Positions 33,228-42,604 of a stretch of DNA of 64,000 nt are shown here, one piece after another. The notes under the pieces were generated by a model. That model saw nothing but the letters and a program-made list of their open reading frames with translations, made no database searches and was not told the DNA's origin. Within the stretch, counting starts at the first letter, position 1, and each line of letters opens with the position of its first letter. Made by a program: the position numbers and the translations under genes. This DNA comes from an uncultured Clostridia bacterium. Its GTDB lineage: Bacteria; Bacillota; Clostridia; Christensenellales; UBA1750. The stretch spans positions 10,656 to 74,655 of the forward strand of contig CANQPP010000005.1 in NCBI GenBank assembly GCA_947625765.1, given 5' to 3'.

Positions 33228-33372
33228 AAAACGCGCTTTCCGCGGCAAAGAAAGGCGTTTCCCTGCAAAGAACGCCTTTCACTAGAAAGACCACCTTTCA
33301 CGCAGAAAACGCCTACCGTTTCCAGAAAGGGACTCCCATCAGAAAGCGCGTTCCCGTTAGGAATCGCCTTCC
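33228..33372. repeat. Array of 6-7 short TTTC-loop-GAAA inverted repeats with ~20-nt period
   Basis: CTTTC(33236)..GAAAG, GTTTC(33257)..GAAC, CTTTC(33276)..GAAAG, CTTTC(33295)..GAAAA, GTTTC(33318)..GAAAG, GTTCC(33350)..GGAAT. Shares the 15-mer AGAAAGCGCGTTCCC with 22297-22311. Confidence 0.6.
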
Positions 33373-33389
33373 CCGCTATGGCCACAAGT

Positions 33390-33420
33390 AAAGCCGCGCC
33401 GAGATCATCGGCGCGGCTTT
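33390..33420. terminator. Hairpin terminator between the convergent zinc-ribbon gene and ftsZ
   Basis: AAAGCCGCGCCG-agatcat-CGGCGCGGCTTT (12 bp). Confidence 0.7.
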
Positions 33421-33436
33421 GTGCTGCGTGTTTCGC

Positions 33437-34756
33437 TTACTTCTTGGGGCTCCTGCGCAGGAAAGCGGGCACGTCGGGGTTATACTCCTGGCGGCTCTGG
33501 GCAGGTGCGGGAGGAAGGTCCTCGTCGTCGCCAAAGACGCGCTGGCTGCGGGCGGGGCGCACGGGCTGCGGCCTGTCCTCGCGGTAGGCGGGCTGCTCGT
33601 CGGCCTGGGGGGCCTCGTCGTAGGCGTCATCATAGCTGCGGGCGGGCTGCTGGATGCGGTTGGGGGCCTGCCTGGAGGCGCGCTGCTCCCTCTCGCCCAT
33701 CACCCACACGGGGATGGAAGGCTCCTCGCGGGCAGCGCGGTTCTCCGCGGGGCGGACGACCTGCTTGTTGGTCCCGGCGGCGGTGCCGTCGAAGTTGTCG
33801 CCGCCGTTCTCAAAGCCGGTGGCGATCACGGTGATGCGCACCTCGTCGTCGAAGCTCTCGTCGATGCCCGCGCCGAAGATGATGTTGGCCTCGGGATCGG
33901 CGGCCTGGGCGATGAGCGACGCGGCCTCGTTGACCTCGATGATGCCCAGAGAGGAATTGCCGGTGATGTTGATCAGCACGGCGGTCGCGCCCTCGATGGT
34001 GGTCTCCAGCAGCGGGGACTGGATGGCCTGCTTGGCGGCCTCCAGCAGGCGGTTCTCGCCCTTGCCGATGCCGATGCCCATGTGGGCCATGCCGCGGGAC
34101 TCCATGATGGTCTTGACGTCCGCGAAGTCCAGGTTGATGAGGCTGGGCACCGCGATCAGGTCGGAGATGCCCTGAATGCCCTGGCGCAGGATGTCGTCCG
34201 CCATGCGGAAGGCGTCGGGCAGGGAGGTGTTCTTGCCCACGATCTGCAGAAGCCTGTCGTTGGGGATGACCACCAGGGTATCCACCTGGGCCTTAAGCTC
34301 CATGATGCCCTTTTCGGCGTTGAGCATGCGCTGGCGGCCCTCAAAGAGGAAGGGCTTGGTCACGACGCCGATGGTCAGCACGCCTAAGTCCCGCGCGATC
34401 TGCGCCACGACGGGCGCCGCGCCGGTCCCGGTGCCGCCGCCCATGCCGGCGGTGATGAACACCAGGTCGCTGCCCTTGATCATCTTGGAGATCTCCTCGC
34501 GGCTCTCCTCGGCGGCGTTGCGGCCCACGGAAGGCTGCGCGCCGGCGCCCAGGCCCTTGGTGAGCTTCTCGCCGATCTGGATCTTCTGCTCGGCCTTGGA
34601 CTGTGCCAGGGCCTGCTTGTCGGTGTTCACGGCCACGAAATCCACGCCGCGAAGGCCGTATTCCACCATGCGGTTGACCGCGTTGTTGCCTGCGCCGCCG
34701 CAGCCGATGACCTTGATCTGCGCGCCCAATACCTGTTCCATCTCAAATTCCAACAC
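33437..34756 (-). CDS. ftsZ: Cell division GTPase FtsZ
   Basis: (V)[29 protein letters not shown]...[14 protein letters not shown] start at 34756, 5 nt after GAGGGGGA, which matches the usual MLEFE N-terminus. Long Q/P/R-rich C-terminal linker. Confidence 0.95.
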   Translation of the reverse strand: MLEFEMEQVLGAQIKVIGCGGAGNNAVNRMVEYGLRGVDFVAVNTDKQALAQSKAEQKIQIGEKLTKGLGAGAQPSVGRNAAEESREEISKMIKGSDLVFITAGMGGGTGTGAAPVVAQIARDLGVLTIGVVTKPFLFEGRQRMLNAEKGIMELKAQVDTLVVIPNDRLLQIVGKNTSLPDAFRMADDILRQGIQGISDLIAVPSLINLDFADVKTIMESRGMAHMGIGIGKGENRLLEAAKQAIQSPLLETTIEGATAVLINITGNSSLGIIEVNEAASLIAQAADPEANIIFGAGIDESFDDEVRITVIATGFENGGDNFDGTAAGTNKQVVRPAENRAAREEPSIPVWVMGEREQRASRQAPNRIQQPARSYDDAYDEAPQADEQPAYREDRPQPVRPARSQRVFGDDEDLPPAPAQSRQEYNPDVPAFLRRSPKK

Positions 34757-34855
34757 TTGAATCCCCCTCGTCGCATTAGTTTGCCGATTGAACCGAATGA
34801 AAAAGATCGAAACGACTTTTGTCCAACGGGGCCGCCGCGGGCCGCCCCGCAACGA

Positions 34856-36046
34856 CTACTTGGTGAAGAAGTTCTTGACCATCTGCCCCAGCTTGGACTT
34901 CTTGCCGCCGTTGTCGGCGGGGCCGGCCTCCATCTGCGTCACGGACTCGTACACAAGCTCCAGCAGTCCCAGGGAAGAAGAGTAGATGGGCGAGTTGAGC
35001 TTGACGGCCACGGGCTGCGGCGCCTTGACCGGCCTTTCCACCACGGCGGAAAGGAACTCGCGGCCGCCGCGCATGAGCACCATGCCGCCGCCGGAGAGGT
35101 AGAAGGTGGAGCGGGGGTTCAAGCGGATGCCTGCGCCCTCGATGGTGTTCTGGATCATCTCGGCGATCTCCGAGGCCCTGGGCTCGATCACGGCCGCGGC
35201 CTGCTCGCGCAGGATCACGACCTCCTTGCCCTGCGGGTCGGTGACGCTGATCTCCGGCGAGCCGCTGCCGAAGCTGTACTTGCGCTTGAGCTCCTCGGCC
35301 ATGTCCATGGTCAGCTGCAGGCCGTAGGCGATGTCCGCGGTGATGTGGCCGCCGCCCACGGGCAGCACGCGCTGGTAGATGAGCGCGTCGCCCTCCACGA
35401 ACATGATCTCGGTGGAGAGGTAGCCCATGTCGATGAGCACGGCCACCTTATCCCTCTCCTCCGGCGGGATGAGCATGAGGGCTTGTCCCAGGGACGGGGA
35501 AAGGTAACCGTTGATGTGGATGGACTGGGCCTCGAAGCGGGCCTGCATATCCTCCAGGAACACGGGATCGGCCACCACGAAGGAGGCCATGCAGCGCATG
35601 GTGGAGCCGCGCATGCCGACGGGCTCCATGGTGCGCCTCTCGTCCACGCGGAACCAGGCGGGGCTGCGGTGGATGACCACCCAGCCGTTTTTGGAGGTAT
35701 AATCCAGCGCGCGGTTCATCAGCTCGTCCACGTCTTCGGCGGTGATGCGGCGCTCGTTCTCCAGGTTGAGCGTCACCTCGTTTTGCTCTATCTTGATAAA
35801 CTCACAGGGAACGCCGACGTAGATCTCCTTGATCTCCCGGCCGGAGGAAAGCTCCGCCTCGCGGATGCAGCGCAGGATCGCGTCGTCCACTTCCTCGTCG
35901 GGCTCGTTCCAGTGCCCGTCGGAATATCCGTCGTAGGGAACGACGCCGAAGCCCAGGAGCTGCGCCGGGTTCACACCGGTGCCCTCTCCCACGAGCGTTA
36001 CGATCTTGCTCGTTCCAAATTCAATGGCGGCCGCCGTACTCTTCAT
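34856..36046 (-). CDS. ftsA: Cell division protein FtsA
   Basis: MKSTAAAIEFGTSKIVTLVGE..., actin-like fold length. GGGAGG RBS. Confidence 0.9.
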   Translation of the reverse strand: MKSTAAAIEFGTSKIVTLVGEGTGVNPAQLLGFGVVPYDGYSDGHWNEPDEEVDDAILRCIREAELSSGREIKEIYVGVPCEFIKIEQNEVTLNLENERRITAEDVDELMNRALDYTSKNGWVVIHRSPAWFRVDERRTMEPVGMRGSTMRCMASFVVADPVFLEDMQARFEAQSIHINGYLSPSLGQALMLIPPEERDKVAVLIDMGYLSTEIMFVEGDALIYQRVLPVGGGHITADIAYGLQLTMDMAEELKRKYSFGSGSPEISVTDPQGKEVVILREQAAAVIEPRASEIAEMIQNTIEGAGIRLNPRSTFYLSGGGMVLMRGGREFLSAVVERPVKAPQPVAVKLNSPIYSSSLGLLELVYESVTQMEAGPADNGGKKSKLGQMVKNFFTK

Positions 36047-36119
36047 TCTTTCGCCTCCCGGTAACTTGTCTTCATGCAATGGCGATCTGCCTTACATACT
36101 TCACCCATTCTATTTTACC

Positions 36120-36148
36120 ATTATACCGCATGATTTTCGGCTTGAAAA
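36120..36148 (-). promoter_or_regulatory. ftsA-ftsZ promoter candidate
   Basis: On the minus strand: TTTTCA (36143-36148), 17 nt, TATAAT (36120-36125). Confidence 0.5.
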
Positions 36149-36242
36149 GCCCTAACCGCAAAATTCCGGCATGTGAAATTGTTTCAATTTATGCATGATT
36201 TGCTTTTTGTTCGGGTTTTGGCGCCCTTTACGGCCAGCGATC

Positions 36243-36283
36243 CGCAAAATAACGCCCTCCCGGCCCCGAAGGGAAGGAGGGCG
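36243..36283 (-). terminator. Terminator after ftsQ
   Basis: On the minus strand: CGCCCTCC..GGGAGGGCG hairpin followed by TTATTTTG. Confidence 0.6.
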
Positions 36284-36305
36284 TGGTCTTGTCTCTCTCT
36301 GGTTT

Positions 36306-37190
36306 TTAGGGCTCCTCTCCCTCGGGCTCGGGCGTGGTCTCGGGCGCAGGCTCGTCCGGCTCGTCCGTCGTCGCGGGCTCGTCCGTGCCGCCATCCTCCG
36401 GCGTCTCTTCGTCGTCCGGGGGCTCGGTGGTCTCCGGCTCGCCCGTATTTTCCGGCAGTTCGATGGGCTGCGCCTCGGCCAGGAAGCTGGCGTTCTTGCC
36501 CGTGGAGAGGTTGAGCGTCCCGCCCTCGTGCCCCTCGGAGAGCAGCACCGGGAGCGTGGCGCGCAGCCAGCGGATCTTCTCGTCCATGTCCTCGAAGTTG
36601 CCCAGCTTAACGCGGATGCCATTTGTGGTGACCATGGACAAGTCGGAGACCTCCGAGACGTTGATCTCGGAGATCAAATGCGAGGCGTCCTGTTCGATGA
36701 GCTCCGCCAGTATGATCTGCAGGGCGCTCAACTGCTTGGGGTCCTCGGACTCGATCTGCTCGCCCACGGAGTAGTTGGTCACCAGCATGCCCGTCACCAC
36801 GGGCACGGTGGTATCGCCCAGCACGTCCCGCCGCTCGACGATGAAGCCTTCCTCGTCCAGCACCACGAAGGAGCCCGCGAACTCGATCACGGCCCGCTCG
36901 GCGCGCTCGTGCACCTGGATGCGGAGCCTGTCCGGCAGCAGCAGGCCGATCTGCTCCACCTCGAAGTAGGGGCTGGCGTCGATCCTCTGGCGGATCTCGC
37001 GGAAGCGCAGCTTAAAGATGGACTCCTCGTAGTCCACGCCCGCAAGCTCCGCCACGGCCAGCGGGTCCCGCTGGTCGCATCCTTCCACCACGACCTCGCG
37101 CACGCGGAAAAGCTGCAGGCCCATGACCACGCTGATGGTCACCAGCACCAGCAGCAAAAACACGATGAGCGCGATCCTTCCGCTGCGCAT
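36306..37190 (-). CDS. ftsQ: FtsQ/DivIB-type division protein (POTRA) with an acidic Pro/Thr/Glu tail
   Basis: N-terminal TM (IALIVFLLLVLVTISVV), POTRA-like VREVVVEGC, and tail PETTEPPDDEETPEDGGTDEPATTDEPDEPAPETTPEPEGEEP. Confidence 0.75.
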   Translation of the reverse strand: MRSGRIALIVFLLLVLVTISVVMGLQLFRVREVVVEGCDQRDPLAVAELAGVDYEESIFKLRFREIRQRIDASPYFEVEQIGLLLPDRLRIQVHERAERAVIEFAGSFVVLDEEGFIVERRDVLGDTTVPVVTGMLVTNYSVGEQIESEDPKQLSALQIILAELIEQDASHLISEINVSEVSDLSMVTTNGIRVKLGNFEDMDEKIRWLRATLPVLLSEGHEGGTLNLSTGKNASFLAEAQPIELPENTGEPETTEPPDDEETPEDGGTDEPATTDEPDEPAPETTPEPEGEEP

Positions 37191-37196
37191 GTGGTT

Positions 37197-38456
37197 TTAT
37201 TCCTCCGTTTCCACCCTTCGGATGTCCGCTCCCATTTGGGAGAGCATCTCCTCCAGGCGCTCGTATCCTCTGTCGATGTAGCCGATGTGGTCCACCAGCG
37301 TCTCGCTCTCGGCGGCCAGACCCGCCAGCACCAGCGCCGCGCCGCCCCGCAGGTCGCGGGAAGCCACCCGCTGGCCAAAGAGGCGCCTGACGCCGCGCAC
37401 GATGGCGATGCGGCCCGAAATTTCAATGTCCGCGCCCATGCGGTTCAGCTCCCCCGCGTGGGCGAAGCGGTTCTCGAACACGTTCTCCAGCACCAGAGAC
37501 GTTCCCTCCGCCACGGCGAGCAGGGCCATCATCTGCGCCTGCATGTCCGTGGGGAAGCTGGGGTGCGGGTTGGTCTCCACCCGGCGGACGGCCTTCGGCC
37601 TGCCCGCGGCCCTTACGCGCACGCCCTCTTTTTCCACGCTCAGCCTGCAGCCGGTCTGCTCCAGCTTGTGCAGCACCGCCTGCATGTCCTCCGCCCTGGC
37701 GCCGCGCACGAACACGTCGCCGCCGGTCATGGGCGCGGCCAGCAGCAGCGTCCCGGCCACGATGCGGTCGGTCAGGGGCGTGTAGGAACAGCCGTGCAGA
37801 GACGCGCCGCCGCGCACGTAGATGGCCCCTTCCCCCGCGCCGCGCACGTCGGCCCCGCAGCGGTTGAGGAACCTGGCCAGGTCGCGGATCTCCGGCTCGC
37901 GGGCGGCGTTGTGAAGGACCGTGTCTCCCTTGGCGGTCACGGCCGCCATGAGGATGGTCTCCGTCGCGCCCACGGACGGGTAATCGAGGTGTATCTGCGC
38001 TCCCTTTAAGCTGCCGCTGCACAGGATGCGCCCCTGCTCCTCCCTCACCTGCGCGCCCATGGCCCGCAGGGCGGAAAGGTGCAGGTCGATGGGACGCAAA
38101 CCGATCTCACAGCCGCCCGGATATGTAAACTCGGCCTCGCCGAAGCGCGCCAGCACCGGCCCCAGCATGAAGATGGAGGAGCGCATCTGCTTGGACAGCT
38201 CCCGCGGCATCACGTGCTTGTCGGCGTTTCGGGCATCCAGCAGGATGCTGTCCCCTTCCTGCTCCGCCCGGCAGCCCAGGGCCTTGAGGATCAGGAGCAT
38301 GTTCTTTATGTCCATCAGGCGCGGGCAGTGTTCCAGGCGAACTTCCCCGCCGCAGAGCAGCCCGGCGGCCAGCAGCGGCAGCACGGCGTTCTTGGCCCCG
38401 CTCACGCGGCATTCGCCCGTGACGGGCCTGCCGCCGACGATGCGGAAGGCTTCCAT
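37197..38456 (-). CDS. murA: UDP-N-acetylglucosamine 1-carboxyvinyltransferase
   Basis: RVSGAKNAVLPLLAA and the catalytic Cys context YPGGCEIGLRPIDLH. 419 aa. Confidence 0.9.
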   Translation of the reverse strand: MEAFRIVGGRPVTGECRVSGAKNAVLPLLAAGLLCGGEVRLEHCPRLMDIKNMLLILKALGCRAEQEGDSILLDARNADKHVMPRELSKQMRSSIFMLGPVLARFGEAEFTYPGGCEIGLRPIDLHLSALRAMGAQVREEQGRILCSGSLKGAQIHLDYPSVGATETILMAAVTAKGDTVLHNAAREPEIRDLARFLNRCGADVRGAGEGAIYVRGGASLHGCSYTPLTDRIVAGTLLLAAPMTGGDVFVRGARAEDMQAVLHKLEQTGCRLSVEKEGVRVRAAGRPKAVRRVETNPHPSFPTDMQAQMMALLAVAEGTSLVLENVFENRFAHAGELNRMGADIEISGRIAIVRGVRRLFGQRVASRDLRGGAALVLAGLAAESETLVDHIGYIDRGYERLEEMLSQMGADIRRVETEE

Positions 38457-38546
38457 TTTTCTTTTTTCATCCCCTTCCCGTTGGAACGGCGGCCGCCTTT
38501 TTGTGGCCGCTTTCCGCTGTATCCTATGGGAGGGCGAGAAAAAATG

Positions 38547-40073
38547 TTACCGCTGCGCCGCCTTTGCGGCCCTGCGCCTTACGTTCTTCGGCTTTTTCAC
38601 CAGCGGGTTCTGCCTGCGGGAGACGGAGAGCAGCAGGCCCATGGAGCTTAGGAAGATCATGAGCGTGGTGCCGCCCGCCGTAAAGAAGGGCAGCGGCAGG
38701 CCCGTCGTTGGCATCCAGCCCGTGACCACGAGTATGTTGATGATGACCTGTATGCCCAGCATCGCGGTGATGCCCGCGGCCAGGTAGCAGCCGAAGCGGT
38801 CGTAGGCGTTCATGGCCACGCGGATGCCGAAGAACACCAGCAGGAAGAACCCCGCCAGGATCAGCGTGCCGCCCACGAAGCCCAGCTCCTCGCCCACGAT
38901 GGCGAAGATGAAGTCCGAGGACGAATAGGGCAGGAACAGGTGCTTCTGCCGGGACATGCCGATGCCCGTGCCGAACCAGCCGCCGTTCCCTAACGCGAAG
39001 TAGCTCTGGATCAGCTGCCAGCCGGTGTTCTTGGGGTCGGCCCAGGGGTCCTGGAAACTGATGAAGCGCACAAGGCGCGTTTCGTCGTACACGAACAGCA
39101 GAAGGAAGGTGATGGCGCCAAGGCCCAACGCGATCAGGGAGCAGTTGACCCACCACTTGGAGCCGCCTAGGTACAGCATCGTCAGCACCACCATCAGGAT
39201 CGCGCCCGTGGTGGAGAGGTTCGGCTGGAACACGATCAGCCCCGCGTAGCAGCCCGCGACCAGCAGCATGGGCAGTATGGTGTGCACGATGTCGCCCATG
39301 CGGTCGTGCTTTAGGTCCATGTACCAGGCCAGGTACAGCACCATGGTGATCTTGGCGATCTCCGAGGGCTGTATGGAAAGGTAGCTGCTCCGCGTGCCGA
39401 TGCGCAGCCAGCGGTGGGCCGAGTTGACGTAGGGGCTCCAGATGGGCGGCCCGTCCACGATGTGGGGCAGCAGCTGCACGGCGGCTAGCAGGCCGATGGT
39501 CACGGTGACGCCGGTCATGACGATCCACTTCTGCTTGAGTATGCGGTAGTCGATGTTCATCACGACCAGCAGGCCCGCAAAGCCCACCACCGCGCCGAAC
39601 ACCTGCTGGCGGAACTCGCCCAGGGAATCGCCGCTGATGCCCTCGCTGTAGCTGGACGAGGAGAGCACCATCAAAAGGCCCACCACGGTCAAAACGATGG
39701 TGCAGACCAGCACGCCGTAATCAAAGGAAAGCCCCTGTCCGAACACGAACAGGTGAACTTTCTCCTTGGGCTGCTGGGGAACGGCCTGGGCGACGGGTTC
39801 CCGGCGCGTAGTAGGCGTCGTGGCGCGTGGTTCCGTTCGGTGCGAGCGGTCCTCGGGGCGGCGCAGGCCCTCGCTGGGCAGCCGGTCCCGGCGGATGCCG
39901 CTGCGCTGGCCCGTGTGGTGCAGGGAGTCCCGGACGGCGGCGCGGTCGCTCTCGTACCTGCGGCTGCGCGTCTCCCCGGCGGAGGTCAGGCGCTCGGTGT
40001 GCCCCAGGTCGCTGCGCAGGCGGACGTTGTTCGCCGTCGGACGGTCTCCGCCGCCGCGTCGGCGCTGTGCCAT
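38547..40073 (-). CDS. ftsW: FtsW/RodA/SpoVE family (SEDS) protein with a ~105-aa Arg-rich N-terminal extension
   Basis: 10-TM SEDS core (...FQPSEIAKI...GNGGWFGTGIGMSRQK...DFIFAIVGEELG). The ATG at 40073 lies 8 nt after AGGGAGG. Confidence 0.85.
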   Translation of the reverse strand: MAQRRRGGGDRPTANNVRLRSDLGHTERLTSAGETRSRRYESDRAAVRDSLHHTGQRSGIRRDRLPSEGLRRPEDRSHRTEPRATTPTTRREPVAQAVPQQPKEKVHLFVFGQGLSFDYGVLVCTIVLTVVGLLMVLSSSSYSEGISGDSLGEFRQQVFGAVVGFAGLLVVMNIDYRILKQKWIVMTGVTVTIGLLAAVQLLPHIVDGPPIWSPYVNSAHRWLRIGTRSSYLSIQPSEIAKITMVLYLAWYMDLKHDRMGDIVHTILPMLLVAGCYAGLIVFQPNLSTTGAILMVVLTMLYLGGSKWWVNCSLIALGLGAITFLLLFVYDETRLVRFISFQDPWADPKNTGWQLIQSYFALGNGGWFGTGIGMSRQKHLFLPYSSSDFIFAIVGEELGFVGGTLILAGFFLLVFFGIRVAMNAYDRFGCYLAAGITAMLGIQVIINILVVTGWMPTTGLPLPFFTAGGTTLMIFLSSMGLLLSVSRRQNPLVKKPKNVRRRAAKAAQR

Positions 40074-40131
40074 GGCCCCCACCTCCCTTTTTATGGTCTA
40101 TGCTTTCCTGTTTCTCTTTAGCGTTCTTTCC

Positions 40132-41481
40132 TTACAGCTCCTTGACGATCTGCTTGAACACGCGGCCCCGCTCCTCGAAGTCGGTGAACATATCGAAGCT
40201 GGCGCAGGCGGGCGAGAGCAGCACCTTCTGCCCTTCCGATGCCAAAGAGCCTGCCAGCAGCACGGCCTCCTTGAAGCCCCCCGCCCGGCGGATGGAGCCA
40301 AAGCCCACGCCGCGCAGGGCTGCATCCAGCTGGTCGGCCGTCTGGCCGATGAGCACCACGGTGTGGATCTTGGATGCGGCGATCTCCTTTGCAAAGGGCG
40401 TAAAGTCGGTGTGCTTGTCGTAGCCGCCCGCGATGAGCACGCTGGGCACGTCCATGGCGCGGACGGCCTGGATGGAGGCGTCCACGTTGGTGCCCTTGGA
40501 GTCGTTGATGTAGGTGACGCCATTCACGGTGCGCACGGTCTCGATTCTGTGCTCGATGCCCGCAAAGCAGCGCAGCGTGTGCCGGATGACCGGCGCGGGC
40601 ACGCCCATCAGCATGGCCATGCAGGCGGCGGCCATGGCGTTTTGCAGGTTGTGGCGGCCGGGCAGGCGGATCTCGTCCACAGCGACGATCCTGCGCTTTT
40701 CGCCGTCCTGCACGAACACCACATAGCCGTTCTCGACGCAGCAGCCGAAGTCCACGGCCCTCTCGTCCGAGAACCAGGCCACGCGGCAGCGGGCCTTTTC
40801 GGCCAGGGCGGCGGTCAGGGGTTCCTCGCGGTTGAGTACTACGGTCTCCTCCGGCCCCTGGTTCTCAAATATACGCGCCTTCATGGCGATGTATGTGGCC
40901 ATGTCGCCGTGGCGGTTGAGGTGGTCCTCCGTGATGTTGAGGATGGCGGAAACGCGGGGCTTAAAGTCGCGGATGGTCTCCAGCTGGAAGGAGGAGACCT
41001 CGATCACCAGCCTGTCCTTCTCCGTGACGGAGGGCAGCACCTGCGTCACCGGCAGGCCGATGTTGCCCACGCAGTAGCTCAGGTACCCGGCGTTCTTGAA
41101 GATCTCGCCCAAAAGCGTCACCGTCGTGCTCTTGCCGTTGGTGCCGGTGATGGCCGCGTAGGGGCAGGGGCAGAGCTCCGCGCCCAGCTCCATCTCGCCG
41201 ATCACGGGAACGCCCGCGTCCATGGCCTTTTTCAGCACCGGCGCGGTCAGGGGGATGCCGGGGCTGGTGACCACCAGGTCGTAGGCGGCGCTGTCCGGCT
41301 CCTGTCCCAGGGAGGAGGTGACGGGAAGGCCCTTGAGGGGCTCCAGGGCGTCGCCCAGTTCCCCGGCCGTCTTGCGGTCGTAGATGGTGACGCATGCGCC
41401 TCTGCCTGCCAACAGGGCCGCAGCGGCCACGCCGGAGCGGGCCATGCCCGCGACCAGGATCTTCTTCTCTTTCAGTTCCAT
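40132..41481 (-). CDS. murD: UDP-N-acetylmuramoylalanine--D-glutamate ligase
   Basis: KKILVAGMARSGVAAA...ITGTNGKSTT. Confidence 0.9.
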   Translation of the reverse strand: MELKEKKILVAGMARSGVAAAALLAGRGACVTIYDRKTAGELGDALEPLKGLPVTSSLGQEPDSAAYDLVVTSPGIPLTAPVLKKAMDAGVPVIGEMELGAELCPCPYAAITGTNGKSTTVTLLGEIFKNAGYLSYCVGNIGLPVTQVLPSVTEKDRLVIEVSSFQLETIRDFKPRVSAILNITEDHLNRHGDMATYIAMKARIFENQGPEETVVLNREEPLTAALAEKARCRVAWFSDERAVDFGCCVENGYVVFVQDGEKRRIVAVDEIRLPGRHNLQNAMAAACMAMLMGVPAPVIRHTLRCFAGIEHRIETVRTVNGVTYINDSKGTNVDASIQAVRAMDVPSVLIAGGYDKHTDFTPFAKEIAASKIHTVVLIGQTADQLDAALRGVGFGSIRRAGGFKEAVLLAGSLASEGQKVLLSPACASFDMFTDFEERGRVFKQIVKEL

Positions 41482-41561
41482 CCGTCCTTAAACCCCCTCT
41501 ATCGCCTTTTCTCCGTTGGAAGTCATGTCCGTTCGTGTGTATCTTTTATGCGTTGTTTCCC

Positions 41562-42554
41562 TTACTCCACGCCCAGGGCCAGCAGGGCCAGGACGCAGGC
41601 CAGCGCGGTGAGCGCGGTGTAGATGGCCACGATCCGCGTCTCCGACATGCCCAGCAGCTCCAAGTGGTGGTGCAGCGGGGCCATGCGGAAGTAGCGGCGG
41701 TGGCGGAACTTATAGGAGGCGGCCTGTATGATGTCCGACACGGCGGACAGCACGTACGGCAGCGCCACCAGCGGCAGCAGCAGCGGCAGGCGCAGGACCA
41801 GCGCCGCCACGGCCACCACGGCGCCCAGCTGGAAGGAGCCCACGTCGCCCATGAACACGCGGGCGGGGTGGGCGTTGTAGCGAAGGAAGCCCAGGCAGGC
41901 GCCTGCCAGCGCGGCGCATAGCACCATCGCGCTGTCCACCACGGCCTCGTTGACACCGGAGGCCTTCATGAACAGGGCGATCAGCGCCAGCACCACGGCG
42001 GTCACCGTGGTCACGGAGGAAAGCAGGCCGTCCACGCCGTCGGTCAGGTTCGCGGAGTTGACCACCGCGATGGTGACGAACATGCTGAAGGGGATGTACC
42101 AAAGCCCCAGGTCCCATTCCACGTTCACGAAGGGCACGATGATCTTGGAGCCTATGTCCTCATGCAGGTAGCAGTAGAAGGCAAGGCCCAGCGCCAGGCC
42201 GAACTGCAGCACGATCTTCTGCCAGGGCTTTAAGCCCAAATTGCGGTGCAGCGCCACCTTGATGTAATCGTCCAGAAAGCCGATGGCCGTAAAGCCCAAG
42301 ACGAACAGGAGCATGGCCAGCATCAGGTGCAGCCTGTCGCCCGCGGGGGAAAACAGCAGCGCCGAGGGCACCAAGGCCACCAGCATGATGAGGCCGCCCA
42401 TGGTGAGCGTGCCCTGCTTCTTGAGATGGGACGCCGGGCCGTAGCTGCGCTCCGTCTGCCCGAACTTGAGCCTTTGCAGCACGGGAAGGAAGACGGGCCC
42501 CGCGGCCATCATGATGAGGAAGGACAGGATCAGCGTCAGCAGCGCGCTACGCAT
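41562..42554 (-). CDS. mraY: Phospho-N-acetylmuramoyl-pentapeptide transferase
   Basis: GFLDDYIKV, NLTDGVDGL and APLHHHLE motifs. Confidence 0.95.
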   Translation of the reverse strand: MRSALLTLILSFLIMMAAGPVFLPVLQRLKFGQTERSYGPASHLKKQGTLTMGGLIMLVALVPSALLFSPAGDRLHLMLAMLLFVLGFTAIGFLDDYIKVALHRNLGLKPWQKIVLQFGLALGLAFYCYLHEDIGSKIIVPFVNVEWDLGLWYIPFSMFVTIAVVNSANLTDGVDGLLSSVTTVTAVVLALIALFMKASGVNEAVVDSAMVLCAALAGACLGFLRYNAHPARVFMGDVGSFQLGAVVAVAALVLRLPLLLPLVALPYVLSAVSDIIQAASYKFRHRRYFRMAPLHHHLELLGMSETRIVAIYTALTALACVLALLALGVE

Positions 42555-42604
42555 GGGGAAGTCTCACGCTCCTTTGTGTTCGCCCTTTGGTGTAGCCGTT
42601 CCGG

